Origin: Malacoraja senta | Taxonomy: Eukaryota | NCBI GenBank assembly: GCA_038087875.1 | Contig: CM075998.1 | Span: forward strand, 6,698,001-6,762,000 | Reading direction: 5' to 3' | DNA: 64,000 nucleotides | Notes under the pieces: generated by a model | Told to the model about the DNA's origin: nothing | Database searches by the model: none | The model's input: only the letters and a program-made list of their open reading frames with translations | Shown here: positions 23,845 through 36,559 of the stretch, in pieces | How the letters are laid out: each line of letters begins with the position of its first letter | How positions within the stretch are numbered: the stretch's first letter is position 1 | Program-made: the position numbers and the translations under genes

Positions 23845-26197
23845 CATCATCATCATTGGCGGTCACGCGAAACGAGTATGACTGTCCTCTCCTCTCCATA
23901 GGGTCTGCAGATGTCTGTAGAGGCCAATCCGCGATCCACACACCTTGGTGCAACGTGGGCAGTGGAGACTGGCGGCGGTTGGTAGTCGTTGGGCCCCCTT
24001 CTGTCGCTTTGTCTCTGTGACACGGCGTTGCTCCGTTTCATGACGTGCAGCTCCTTCCTGCACGGATTTCCTCCAGGAGCGCCTGTCCAATGCAAGTTAG
24101 ACAATAGGTGCAGGAGTAGGCCATTCGGCCCTTCGAGCCAGCACCGCCATTCACTGTGATCATGGCTGATCATTCACAATCAGTACCCCGTCCTGCCTTC
24201 TCCCCATATCCCCTGACTCCGCTATCTTTAAGAGCCCTATCTAACTCTCTCTTGAAAGTATCCAGAGAACCGGCCTCCACCGCGCTCTGAGGCAGAGAAT
24301 TCCACAGACTCACCACTCTCTGTGTGAAAAAGTGTTTCCTCATCTCCGTTCGAAATGGTTTACCTCTTATTCTTAAACTGTGGCCCCTGGTTCTGGACTC
24401 CCCCAACATCGGGAACATGTTTCCTGCCTCAAGTGTGTCCAAACGCTTAATAATCTTATATGTTTCAATAAGATCCACTCTATTCCTTCTAAATTTCAGA
24501 GTATACAAGCCCAGCCACTCCATTCTCTCAGCATATGACAGTCCCACCATCCCGGGAATTAAATTGTGAACCTACACTGCACTCCCTCAATTGCAAGATT
24601 GTCCTTCCTCAAATTTGGAGACCAAAACTGCACACAATACTCCAAGTGTGGTCTCACTAGGGCCCTGTACAACTGCTGAAGGACCTCTTTGCTCCTGTAC
24701 TCAACTCCTCTTGTTATGAAGGCCAACATGCCATTCGCTTTCTTCACTAACCTGCCGTACCTGCATGCTTACTTTCATTGACTGATGAACAAGGACCCCC
24801 AGATCAGGTTGTACTTCCCCTTTTCCCAACTTGACACCATTCAGATAATAATCTGTCTTCCTGTTTTTGCCACCAAAGTGGATAACCTCACATTTATCCA
24901 CATTAAACTGCATCTGCCATGCATCTGCCCACTAACCCAACCTGTCCAAGTCACCCTGCATTCTCAAAGCATCCTCCTCACAGTTCACACTGCCACCCAG
25001 CTTTGTGCCTTAATTTTGCCCACTAATCTCCTATGTGAGACCTTATCAAATGCTTTCTGAAAGTCCAGGTACACTACATCGAGATAACCACCTTAGAAGT
25101 CCTGCTCCCAATTTGCTCCAAGTTGCTCGATGTGATGTGGAATTTCTTGAGACTGTTCTTGATGTTGTCCTTGAAGCGTTTCCTTGGCCTGCCCGGGACT
25201 CGCCAACCTTCCTTCAATTGAGAGTACAGGATGTGTTTAGGGAGACGTGTGTTGGACATGTGGATGACATGGCCAGTCCATCGAAGTTGGTGCTGCATTA
25301 TTGTGGTGGTGATGCTGGTCATGTTGGCTTCCTCCAAAACGCTGATGTTGGTGCGTTTGTCCTCCCAGCTGATCCTCAGAATCTTTCGTAAGGATCTTTG
25401 ATGGTATTGTTCCAGGGCTCTCAGGTGCCTACTGTAGGTGGTCCGTGACTCAGCTCCATACAACGGTGGAGAGGACAACTGTTCTGTAGACCAGCAGTTT
25501 TGTTTGAGCCTTTACGTCTCGGTCTTCAAAGACTCTTTTCCTGAGTCTGGCGTAGGCTCCGCTGGCACAACTCAGGCGATGGTTGACCTCAGAGTCGATG
25601 TCAGCTTTTGAGGAAAGAATGCTGCCAAGGTAGGGGAAGTGGTCAACGTTTTCAAGAGTTGTGTCGTCCACTTTTATAGTGGGCTGGGTAGATGCCTGGT
25701 TGGGTGGAGGTTGATGTAGGACCTGGGTCTTCTTGATGCCTGTATGCCTTGGCAAAGGCATTCATGATGCCCTGGAGGTCTTCTGCAGAGTGTGCTGCAA
25801 TGGCGCAGTCGTCCGCGTACTGAAGCTCCATGATGGCGGTGTTACTGACTTTGCTCTTGGCCTTCTACCTATTGAGGTTGAAGAACCCACCGTCAGTTCT
25901 GTAGAGGATTGGGATCCCCTGTGGCAGCTCTTCACCAATGAGGTGAAGTATGGCAGCAATGAAGACGACAAACAGGGTGGGTGTGATGCTGTATCCCTGT
26001 TTGGCCCCCGTTTCATCAGTGAAGGGCTCAGACTCAGAGCCGCAGTTGCTGACTGACATGCCATCATGTAGAAGCCTGAATATTCTGATATACTTGTCGT
26101 GACAACCGTACCTTGATCGTATGCTCCAAAGATCCTGGCGGTTTACCGAATCAAAAGCCTTTGTCAGGTCTATGAAGGCCATGTACAAAGGCTTCAC
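23845..26197 (-). mobile_element. RTE-clade LINE, 5'-truncated and degraded, interrupted by CR1 (24097-25080)
   Basis: FIDLTKAFDSV, GAKQG, QYADD, FPYLGS, LRWTGHV..M..RLPK..LY, C-terminal CPRCTKVC...H finger, and a (TGA)n tail at 23845. Confidence 0.9.
24097..25080 (-). mobile_element. CR1 LINE 3' fragment nested in the RTE
   Basis: WQMQFNVDKC...LEYCVQFWSP...GYGEKAG. Confidence 0.92.
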
Positions 26198-27644
26198 AAC
26201 CATTAGACAATTGGGTATATTTGAACAGCAGTAAGAATTTAAAAACAGCAACCTTGCTGGATCGTGTGTCCATGGAGATCAATGGGGGGGATGGGGGTAC
26301 TTGCCTAGTACAAGTCGGGGACATATGCAGCAGAGTTTGGGGTACGTTCATTTTTGGAGGGGATATGACGGTTATCAAGTTATAGAAGAAAATGTAATTG
26401 GTGGGAAATGAAAATCAAAAAGACTGCAGATGCTGGAAATCCAAAAACCATGAAAAATCAGACCTTTCAACTGATGTGGCTGATTTGCACTTGTACGTTC
26501 CTGCCCTGAGAGAGAATGTGCCACAATACCAAATTTAAACTTAAATTATGCAGAGACACTGAACTTAATTTGGATAAATGCAGCTTGACTTAGATTACGT
26601 TTTGTAAACAAAACTGAGAGGCTTAGAAGAGAAATTGAAAACATCTCGGTTCCTGCGTTGAACAGGAATATTGGCATTTACTGATATGTTTTTGTAGCAT
26701 TAAATAATAACTTTTGCTGTTTTTTTTTATTTTGAGTTCCTTCAATCGGACCAACTTCTCATCACTTTCCTAATATAGTGTCAATTTTTCCATGAGATGC
26801 AGCATGTAGTTAATATGTCAGTGGATACGGGATACAAGACCAAGATGCAAAGTTTGGCTTGGTTCATCAGGGGTCATGTTGTGGGATTAGATGCAAAGCT
26901 GCATAAATATGCAATGTGATAGAAAACAGCTGTTTAGGAAAATGACTAATTTGGAAAAGTAACGTGTGATAATCCGAAATTTGTTGTACATCAGATATCC
27001 CGCTTCTGTGGCCTGGCATATCTGGAGCTATTTTCCATGTTTCCGTAGTTTCTGATTCCAGTAGCTGTTAATTCTCTGTGGATCCTTCCAATTTCCCATC
27101 ATTTATCAAGTCAATTTTTGAAACCAGACAATCGAGACCATGACACAGTTGGCTCATCTATCGGCAAGTGTAAAAGCCAAAGGTCCAGGGTAAATCCCTG
27201 CTCTGGGGCCATCTCTGCTTCAGCCAAGTCTCCATTACTGGCCCATGACGTCTGCTGGCAAGTGCAGGTGCGTACGGCCACTAGGCAATGGTAGGATCCA
27301 ATTCAGATTTGCTAGCCTCATTGGGTCAGTAGTCTACCTACATTGACCCATTGAGGTCTGTTGGCTAAAGTAGGAGAGAGCCACTGTTGTTTCTGGTGCT
27401 GCAACACATCATGGACTTGTCAACTTTGGGAATGGTGGAGGAAGCAAATTGCAATTACTAATATGAATACAGATGTATTATGGCAGCATAAGCCTGTTCT
27501 TGCATCTTCCATTACTATAATTTAGATTAGTTATCTCCCTCATGGCTGGTACTTTAGTTGGGGAAATTGTAACATTTCAGTATGGAGGACATTTCTTTAG
27601 CAAGCAAGTCATTTTACCTTTAGGTTGTTAACTCAGTGAGTTTG

Positions 27645-27948
27645 TTTAGTTTAGTTTGTAGATACAACACGGAAACAGCCTCTTTAGCCCACCGTGATAG
27701 CGTCGACCCTGCACACTAGCTGTATCCTACACACTAGGAACAATTTACGATCTTTACTGAAGCCAGTTAACCTACAAACCTGTACGTCTTTGAAGTGTGG
27801 GAGGAAACCGGAGCATCCGGAGAAAACCCACACAGGTCACGGGGAGAAGGTACAAACTCCGTACAGATAGCACCCATAGTCAGGATGGAACCCAGGTCTC
27901 TGGTGCTGTAAGGCAGCAACACTACCACTGTGCCGCCGTGCCACCCCT
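27645..27948 (-). mobile_element. HE1-like V-SINE
   Basis: tRNA-like head, central tgggttttctccgg..ctccggtttcctcccacac domain, taaac tail. Confidence 0.8.
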
Positions 27949-28504
27949 GAGTTTGCTGAAATCTGTTCATGTAGATAATCCCAGAGAATAGTTTCCCCAT
28001 TCCCCAAGTAATGACCTGTCTCTACAAGTAAAGCAGTCAAGGAAAACAAATGAAATTGCAGATTTGGTCATGTTTCATGGCTGCAATTGGTTGCATCTAA
28101 GTGCAGATTACAGATCAATCTCAGCCACATGTACAATGACCAGAGCAAGTGTAGACAGTGATACTAAATCGTATTCAGAATGAGAGGCTTGAGTTTCTGA
28201 AGAAGCTGAGGTTGAGCCAGGGAGATTTGATAAAGACATTCCAACCGACAACAATTTTGATGTAGTGATGAAGGAGAAACCATTCCCAATAGCAGGAAGA
28301 GCGATAAACAAATCCTGGAATTGAACTGTTTGCAAAAACTACCCTTTTTTCTCATTGCGTAATGTTGCAATCTGGATCGCGCTGCCTAAAAGGCCAGTGG
28401 GAATGGATTTATTTAATATTAATATGCACTAAATACCTTGTGCAAAATGTTGTAAGATTATCAGGAGGAACGAGGTAGGCATGGTGGGCATTTGACCATG
28501 TTCA

Positions 28505-28730
28505 CATGTCATAGGAGCAGAATTAGGCTATTCGGCCCATCGAGTCTATTTCACCATTCAATCATGGCTGATCTATCTTTCCTCTCTCAACCCCATTCTC
28601 CTGCCTTCTCCCCGTAACCTTTGAAATCCTTACTAATTAAGAACCTGTCAATCTCTGCTTTAAAAATACGCCCTGACTTGGCCTCCACCGCCGTCTGTGG
28701 CAATGAATTCCACAGATTCACCGCCCTCTT
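28505..28730 (-). mobile_element. CR1 3' end fragment
   Basis: gtggtgaatctgtggaattc...ggggagaaggcagg...gatcagccatgattgaatgg-like sequence on the minus strand. Confidence 0.75.
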
Positions 28731-29021
28731 GTGGTCTATTATTTTGTGACATATTTTACGCAAGTAAATAGTGTGTGTGATATTAGCAGAAGAGCAGAGT
28801 GCAAATGTGAAGCGGCCATTGGGTCTGTGAATGAGTTAGTGGTGGATCAGGTGCAGATATTGGGGATAATCGGTGCGCTCCTAATTCCAAATAGTCAGTG
28901 AAGAAGCTAATCAGGTTTAAAGTAAGATGGAGATTGGGCTTTCCATCCTTGGAAGGGAAGAGTTCTTGAGGTGAGCTTGTTGGAGGTTGCAACAGGATTG
29001 ACAAGATTGATCTTAGTAAAT

Positions 29022-29895
29022 TGTAATTATGGTTCAGACTCCAAATCCCCTTTTTAGAAAAAATGTGTGTATGTGTATGTAGTGTATGTAAAGCTAAAGT
29101 GAAAAGTCAACGTGCCGTTTGTAACAAAAGAGGAAAAGTTATAACATGTATGAAATAACAGTTGTGAGGGATATGGAAAGGTTGGGCAGGGAGAGAGGGA
29201 GAGGGAAAGAGAGAGAGAGAGAGAGAGAGAAGGATCTGATGTAAAACGGCTGTGTGCATTTGAGGGATGTGGGGCGGTCATTGGGAGGTGAGATTGGTCT
29301 TTGCAATATGAATGGACTGGATGACAGCATGGTCTTTTCCAATTGACTAGAATGCATTATTAAACAGGTCGGTGTAATGATGTGCCATGGGCACAGTATA
29401 CAAATAAAAGCAGCAAGGCATATAAACCCTGCTAACGCATAGAAGAGAATGGTGTCAACAGGTATAAAGAAATGCTGCCAGTGCTCACAAAATAACAGCG
29501 CTAATGCATGTGCTGTATCAGCACCAATGTGTAAACCATTGCCTTGCCACTGCATACAAGATAAAAGCGCCAATGTGCATAAACGAATGCGTATTTTATA
29601 ATGGTACCAAAGCAGAGAATTTTTTTTAAATGCCAATGCACATGTATAATAAAACGTTGCTCATGCATAAATAACAAAGAGCTGGTATGAGCGACCATTT
29701 GACTGTGTGTGTTTGAAACATTGACTGCAGATGTGCATGACTGTGTGAGGTTGCATCTGTGATTGAAGACCGCTATCTATGTGTATGTTTGTCTGCACGT
29801 TTATGTGGGCCCTGGAATAAAGTCGTTGTCTGAACCAAGAACACTTCCTGTGGAGTTTGTGAGGCTCAAAGTAATTTCCTGAGTGGAAGAACAAC
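29022..29895 (+). mobile_element. Possible solo LTR
   Basis: Starts TG (29022 or 29163), has AATAAA at 29817 and ends ...gaacaaCA. No clean TSD. Confidence 0.3.
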
Positions 29896-30247
29896 AGCTC
29901 GGGTTAATATCATTAATCTAATGTAAATGTAGCGTGGTGAAAAGCAACATTTCTCACCTGCAACCTCTTTTTGTTCCAAAACCCCAAACAATCCTTTGCC
30001 TCCAGTACTTGTCCAATCCCCTGTTTAGAAGCATCCATCACATGTTCCTGACAGCTCCCTGAGTGAAATCATTGCATTGTAGATGTATGTAAAATGTTTT
30101 TGTGTTCAATGTATTATTGTTTGTTTCGTCTTGCGTAGCCTACCTCTGCCTCCCACATTACAATTTTTAATCCTCTCCTCTGATTTCCATAAACCTGCTG
30201 CTTATTCACTGAATCATGCTTCTGATGTTTGTCTTTTTCTTGTGAAA

Positions 30248-31232
30248 GAGTCATACAGTGTGGAAACAGGCCCTTCGGCCCAACTTGCCCATGCCGACCA
30301 ACATGTCCCATCCACACTAATTCCAGCTGCCTGCTTTTGGCCCATATCCCTCTAAACCTGTCCTATCCATGTACCTGCCTAAATGTTTCTTAAATGTTGC
30401 GATAGTGCTTGCCTCAACTACCTCCTCTGGCAGACACAAAATGCTGGATTAACTCAGCGAGACAGGCAGCATCTCTGGAGAGAAGGAATTATGTCCTCTC
30501 GCAGCTCATTCCATATACCTACCTCCCTTTGTGTAAAAAAAAGTTTCCCCTCAGGTTCCCATTAAAACTTTACCCTTCACCTTAAACCTATGTCCTCTGG
30601 TTCTCCATTCCCCTACTCTGGGTAAAAGCATTTACTTGATCTATTCCTTGCATGATTTTGTACACCTCTATAAGATTACCCCTCATCCTCCTGCGCTCCA
30701 AGGAATAATGCCCTAACCTGTTCAACCTCTCCCTATAGCTCAGTCCCTCGAGTCCTGGCAACATCCTAATAAATCTTCTCTGAACCCTTTCAAGCTTAAC
30801 AACATATTTCCTACAACATGGTGACCAAAACTGAACACATACTCTAAATGTGACCTCACCAACATCTTATATAACTGCACCATGACCTCCAAATTTCTAT
30901 ACTTAATATAGGCCAATGAAGGCCAATGTACTGAAAGCCTTCTTGACCACCCTATCCACCTGTGATGCCACTTTCAAGGAACTATACACATGCACTCCTA
31001 AATCCCCCTGCTGCATAACACTCCACAGAGCCCTACCATTCACTGTGTATATCCTGCCCTTGTTAGACTTACCAAAGTGTACCACCTCACATTCCATCAA
31101 CCATTCCTCAGCCAACCTGCCCAACCGACCAAGATCCCGCTGTAATCTTTGACAACCATCTTCACTATCTACAATGCACCCACTTTAGTGTCATCTGCAA
31201 ACTTGCTAATCGTGCCGTGTACATTCTCATCC
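30248..31232 (-). mobile_element. CR1 LINE 3' part (HER1-like)
   Basis: FADDTK, CEVVHFGKSN, QVDRVVKKA plus tail; small Penelope-derived insert at about 30432-30490. Confidence 0.88.
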
Positions 31233-32224
31233 ATAAATGAATAATTTTATCCTCCATCGCCTGTCTAGGCTGCATTTGCTTTGGTCGCTGTGCTCCTTAT
31301 GCAAATATATGCGCAGTTCTGCTGCCTTACTGCTTTATGCTGCAATCGCCTGCCTGTCCAAGCTATCTGTTTCAGATTCTTTGCTAGAATTAGTTCTTCC
31401 ACACTTGAGCATTTTAACTTGCCATAATTATTAAATGATCAAATTAATTTCCGACCAGTTCTCTTGCTGCTCCTCTTGCCCAACCTCACTCTGCTGAACT
31501 GGAACCAACATTAGCTCCCTCCTAACTGGACAAGAGGCATAAATTGATTGAAAGATACAGCATAATAACAGGCCCTTCGGCCCATCGAGTCCAGACTGAC
31601 CATCGATCACCCGTTCACACATTCTGTGTTATTCCACTTTTACATCCACTGCCTATTTAGAGAGTTTTTCTTACCTAGAGTCAGAAATTTCCATCCTTTC
31701 CTACCATCACCACTTTTTTTCATGGCAGAGTTTAGGAGCATAAAAATATTCATTGTTTTTTGTTGCACCCTTTGGAATTTCTCCCCAAAATGTACTCATT
31801 TCTCCCCTCATTTGAAGTTCTGTTAAAGTTTCCCAATAATGAAACAGCGCCCCTCTACTGTTTACGTTAGATTCAGTTTGAGAACCAACAAGTTCATCTT
31901 TTTATTGGGGGCTATAACAACATACTTGGGCAATACTGCCTATTATTCCCTCTTTTATCCTTTTCCATTTTCTTCACCATTTGATCATAAATTAACAATT
32001 TATTCTGAGCCTTGTTTGATTGTTTGTGCAAATTGAACAGTTTTCTAATTTCACTTATCATTGACATTCCCAGCCGTATGAGGTCTTTTCTGCTACATTC
32101 TGCTTCCCCTCCCCGTAACTAATGAACACAACCAATCCCCCACCTCCCTCCCATTGCCCCGACTAATTAAATGTTTTTAAAAAATGGCCCAGGTTGCTTA
32201 ACAAGGTAAAAGTTACCTTAAAGA

Positions 32225-32357
32225 TCTGAAGAAGGGTCTCTACCCAAAACGTCACCCATTGCTTCTCTCCAGAGATGCTGCCTGTCCTGCTGAGGTACTC
32301 CAGCATTTTGTGTCTATCTTCGGTGTAAACCAGCATCTGCAGTTCCTTCCCACACAT
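32225..32357 (+). mobile_element. Penelope-derived short element (degenerate hammerhead)
   Basis: ctgaagaagggtctctacccaaaacgtc plus standard tail. Confidence 0.75.
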
Positions 32358-32772
32358 AAAAATAACCAAACTACAAATTGGATGCCGAACCAAATGAGGC
32401 ACTCAGTTAGATGACAAAACCTTGGTCAAAGAGGAAAGTTGTAAGGGGTGACTTTAAGGAGAGAAAATAAAGATAGGCAGAAAGGTTTGGGAGGGAAACG
32501 TAACATGATGGCCTCAATAACTGAAAGCACGGCCCTGGAAAGCAGAGTCATGAAAACTGTGGATACGGACAAGGCTTGAATTGGAGCAGGGTAGAGATTT
32601 TGGAGCATTGCGGGACTAGAGATAGAGATATGGGGTGTATTCAATGATAAGAATTTTAGAACTGAGGAGAAGCTACACTGAGGACTAATTTAGGTCATGA
32701 AGTATGGGGGATTTTGGGTGATCTAACGATGCGAATTAGAATATAGTTAGCAGAGTTTGAACAAAGTCACGA

Positions 32773-32980
32773 TAGACACACAAAGTGCTGGAGTAACTCA
32801 GCAGGTCAGGCAGCATCTCTGGAGAAAAGGAATAGGTGACGTTTCAGGTCAAGACCCTTCTTGTGAAAGGGTCTCGACCCCAAACATCTCCTATTCCTAG
32901 GCTGCCTGATCTGCTGAGTTACTCCAGCATTTTGTGTCTATCTTCAGTGTAAACCAGCATCTGCAGTTCCTTCCTATACA
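32773..32980. mobile_element. Fold-back Penelope-derived short element
   Basis: Inverted arms plus ccagcatctgcagttccttc tail. Confidence 0.75.
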
Positions 32981-33830
32981 TTGAATGATGTCAAGTTTTC
33001 AGAGGTGGAAGATGAGGAGCCAGCCACAACAGAGATAGACAAGTTATTGATTAGGCGTCAAGGGTTATGGGGAGAAGGCAGGAAAATGGGATGTGGCAGA
33101 GATCAGCCATGATTGAATGGCGGAGTAGACTCGATGGGCCAAATGGCCTCATTCTACTCCTTTAACTTGTGAACAGTTTTCTAATAGGTATGTCTAGTAA
33201 TAAAGGCACAGATGAGGGTCAGGGAATCTGTGTGTGAAAACACATTCCACGTATCGTGTGTGTGTGTCTGTTGCGCTAGAGTAAGGAAATTCTGTGTGTA
33301 ATCCTTCCCTTCTATACTCCAAGAACATTTCCCCCTCCAGTTCCAACCTCCTCAGCATCTACAATGTTCATCACTCCACCACAGGCAGTTGTGTCTTCAC
33401 TTTCCAAGATCCTGAACTCTGAAATCCCCTCCCGGAAATGTTCTGTTTCTCTGTCTTTCTTTTAAAACACAGCTTAAAACTTGCCTCACGGAACAAACTT
33501 TTGCCATCTGATATCTCCTGGTGACTCAGTGTTAAACATGTGTCTGATTCCTGAGTAGTTCTGTGAGACACTTTGCCTGAGTTGAAGATGGCAAATAACC
33601 ATATGTTGCTGAGTGTATGAGTGAGGGACAGTGTGGGAGAGGGTGAGAGTGTCTCTGGTTGACAGTGACTTGTCTGCCATGGTGTCTATGTGTGCATGAA
33701 CAAGACTGTACTTTGCATGTTTGTCTGCCAGACGATGTTGCTAGGTGGAAGTGCATCTGTGAATGAAGGAGAGGCCTGTGTGTGAGTGTTGAGTGTGTGT
33801 GTTACTGAATCTTCTGATTTCTTTTCTCAG

Positions 33831-33950
33831 ATGATGGCAAACTATTCCAAGGAAGTGGAGTGGGAGATCCCTTTGGTCCTCGCTGCTACAAGGGGGACAT
33901 CATGGGTTGTGGTATCATGTTCCCTCGAGATTATATTTTAGACAGTGATG
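33831..33950 (+). CDS. SPRYD3: SPRYD3 internal coding exon (DDGKLFQGSGVGDPFGPRCYKGDIMGCGIMFPRDYILDSD)
   Basis: Acceptor tttcttttctcag and donor g|gtaaga. 120 nt, phase 1-1, with the SPRY motif GDIMGCGI. Confidence 0.95.
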
Positions 33951-34251
33951 GTAAGAACATTGTTGGTATGCTATATATGTGGAGCGTGCCCCATAGATTG
34001 CCATTGGGGCTGCTCATTGCTGAGTTAGGACGAGTGGGCAAGTGCTGGCGCACAATGCAGCTGAAGTTGTACGATGGCCTGTTTCACAGCACAGAAAGAG
34101 CCCCTGAGAACTCTGGACTGGAGCTCTCCCTTCCAGTGCTTTCTCCACTTGCTCACCATGGCTTTGGCCCTCTGTTGGGCACTCCTCTTTGTTCTGTACC
34201 CATACAGTTTCTGCTTTGCCCCAGTGCCTCTGCACGCTCTCCCTAAATGAA

Positions 34252-34284
<33 letters not shown>

Positions 34285-34657
34285 CTCTATCTATCTCTCT
34301 ATCTCTATCTCTATCTCTATCTCTATCTCTATCTCTACCTCTACCTCTACCTCTCCCTCTCCCTCTCCCACTCCCTCTCCCTGTCCCTCTCCCTCCCCCT
34401 CTCCTCCTTTCTCTCTCTCTCCTCTCTCCTTTCTCTCTCTTCTCCTCTCTTCTTCTCTCTCTTCTCCTCTCTTCTTCTCTCTCTTCTCTTCTCTCTTTCT
34501 CTCCTCTCTCTTTCTCTCCTCTCTCTTTCTCTCCTCTCTCTTTCTCTCCTCTCTTTCTCTCCTCTTTCTCTTCTCTCTCTTTCTCTTCTCTCTCCTCTCT
34601 CTTTCTCTTTCTCCTCTCTCTCTCTCTCCTCCTCTCTCTCTCTCTCTCTCTCTCTCT
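34252..34657. repeat. Compound microsatellite: (TATC)n grading into (CTCTAT)n and a CT-rich tract
   Basis: Directly visible. Confidence 0.97.
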
Positions 34658-34954
34658 GGAAATTTAGCTCTGCCAACTGCATTTTGCCACTTTGTATGAA
34701 TATCATTTGTGCGGCTCTGCATAGCTAACGCCACCGAGAAAAAAGTGGCAAAATTGGACCATGTGGCTCCGTTTTATTATCAGCACAGCAGCTGCCCGTT
34801 TGCTTGGAACTTATCGCAACTGTGAATTTTGAGTGTGCCTTGCGCTGCTCAACAATATGTGGAATATGTAGGATCCACAATCCATGTGCAATGCTGATTT
34901 GATGCCAGCCCTGCCAGAGAGCCTCAATCCACTGATCGCCAAGTCACGTAGGCG

Positions 34955-35275
34955 GCATAATAGCGCAGCTGTCAGAGTTGCTGGCTCTCAGTTCAAGAGA
35001 CTCGGGATCGATCCTGTCTGCACGGGGTGTGTGTGTGTGTGTGTCTTTGTTTGTTACGTTCTCCCTCTGACTGCGTGCGTTTTCTCCGGGTGCACCACTT
35101 TCACCCATATCACAAAGACGTGCCAGTTTGTAAGCTAATTGGCCCTCTCTAAATTGTCCCTAGACTGTAGGGAGTGGATGAAAGTTTGCTAATATAGAAC
35201 TAGTGTGAACGGCTGGTCGATGGTCGGTCTGGTCTCGGTGGGCCGAAGGGCCTGTTTCCATGCTGTATCTCTAAA
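34955..35275 (+). mobile_element. HE1-like V-SINE (diverged)
   Basis: Head, central domain and gggccgaagggcctgtttcc tail. Confidence 0.7.
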
Positions 35276-36029
35276 AGTGATAGCTGTTTCACCAGCAAGT
35301 GTTCCACTATTTAAAAGGATTCCCAATTACTTTGAGGCTGCAAGGCCTATGCTGCCAGTGTTGGCGTCGGTAGGCATTGCAGTTGGCACGGATGTTGTGG
35401 GCTGAGAGAGCCCGTTTCTGCCCTGTATGAGGCTGTATTTGGGGAGAACAGGTTGTACGTTTATCCGGGAGCAATGTGTGCAAAAGTTGAGGTTTACCAA
35501 AGTGACTGAGGTGTATCACCTGCTCTAGGCTAATGTCCAACTGCAAAGCCATGCGCCTGTCATACTGGCCGTGACAGTAGCCATCACCATGCTTGAGGAA
35601 GCTGCCGGGAATGTTTCCCAGCTAGCAGCCACCACTGGAGGTGAGGTGAGGCCTCTACACAGAGAGACACCCATCCATCTTCTCCTTGTGGAGAGAGCTT
35701 TTTTGTAAACCAGCATCTGCAGTTCCTTGTTTGGAGTGATGTACTTTCATTTTTAATCCGTGAAGGGAGTGATTTACTTCAATTCTTTAAGTCTAAGCCT
35801 TCAGCTGCAATGTCGTGAAACAATCGATCTTCAACCCTCTACAAATGCCTGTTATATATGGATCCTGTGTCATTACTGCTGTGTCTTTAATCATTTGAAC
35901 TGTTTGCTGAAGCATTGATGCCAGCATCTGTTTCCGTTTGTCTTTGCTTGGAATTCCTGGGGCAGTCTCAACATTTCTGTTCATCTTCCCTGGAAGCACC
36001 TTGTCCTGACCGATTGTCTCTCTCCACAG

Positions 36030-36169
36030 CTGACAGCGATGAGTGTATTGACGCTGCAGAAGTGAAGTACAAACAGAGGCGTGTGAGGAACATCATGTAT
36101 TTTAATGATGAGGACGAAGAGGATGAAGGAGAAGATATGGAGCAGGAATATGATGGAAAGAAAGTAACG
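36030..36169 (+). CDS. SPRYD3: SPRYD3 penultimate coding exon (acidic loop, ADSDECIDAAEVKYKQRRVRNIMYFNDEDEEDEGEDMEQEYDGKKVT)
   Basis: Acceptor ctctctccacag; frame is continuous with both flanking exons. Resembles the VRNVMY plus acidic tract of SPRYD3. Donor at 36170 (gtagag), with an alternative at 36164 (gtaacg). Confidence 0.9.
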
Positions 36170-36559
36170 GTAGAGAAACACGTTGTTCAGTTTGTGTCCC
36201 AGTCACGCTGCTGTCAATGACATGAGATTGTTCGGGGATTATGATTAGACGCCAGATTTGAATTTAAAAGCATGTAGCTTGTAGGAGTGAGGAAGAGAGT
36301 TCTATTGGTTTGGAGACCTTGGGAACTGATGGGCTTGAGGCATCGTGATGTCAACACACAATTGATGAAAGGAAGCAACATTGGCATGAATGGAGGGAGA
36401 GAGGGAAGGTAACAGCCAGTGTTTCCCATTCTGTCCAAAAGCCTCAAAGCCTTGCCTAGCTTTGGAGCTTTGTTCAAGGAAAGAAATTCCTTTTTATGAA
36501 GAACTGAGTAAAGTGTCAGCTATGATTCAAATTCTGTTCCACAACGTCTGACTTCTGAG

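Noticed and set aside
33860..34246. 128-aa ORF as a stand-alone gene
   Set aside because: Only 33831-33950 is a SPRYD3 exon; the rest is read-through past the gtaaga donor.
34189..34734. Four ORFs of 119-179 aa (Leu/Ser-rich or Glu/Arg-rich)
   Set aside because: They are translations of a compound microsatellite.
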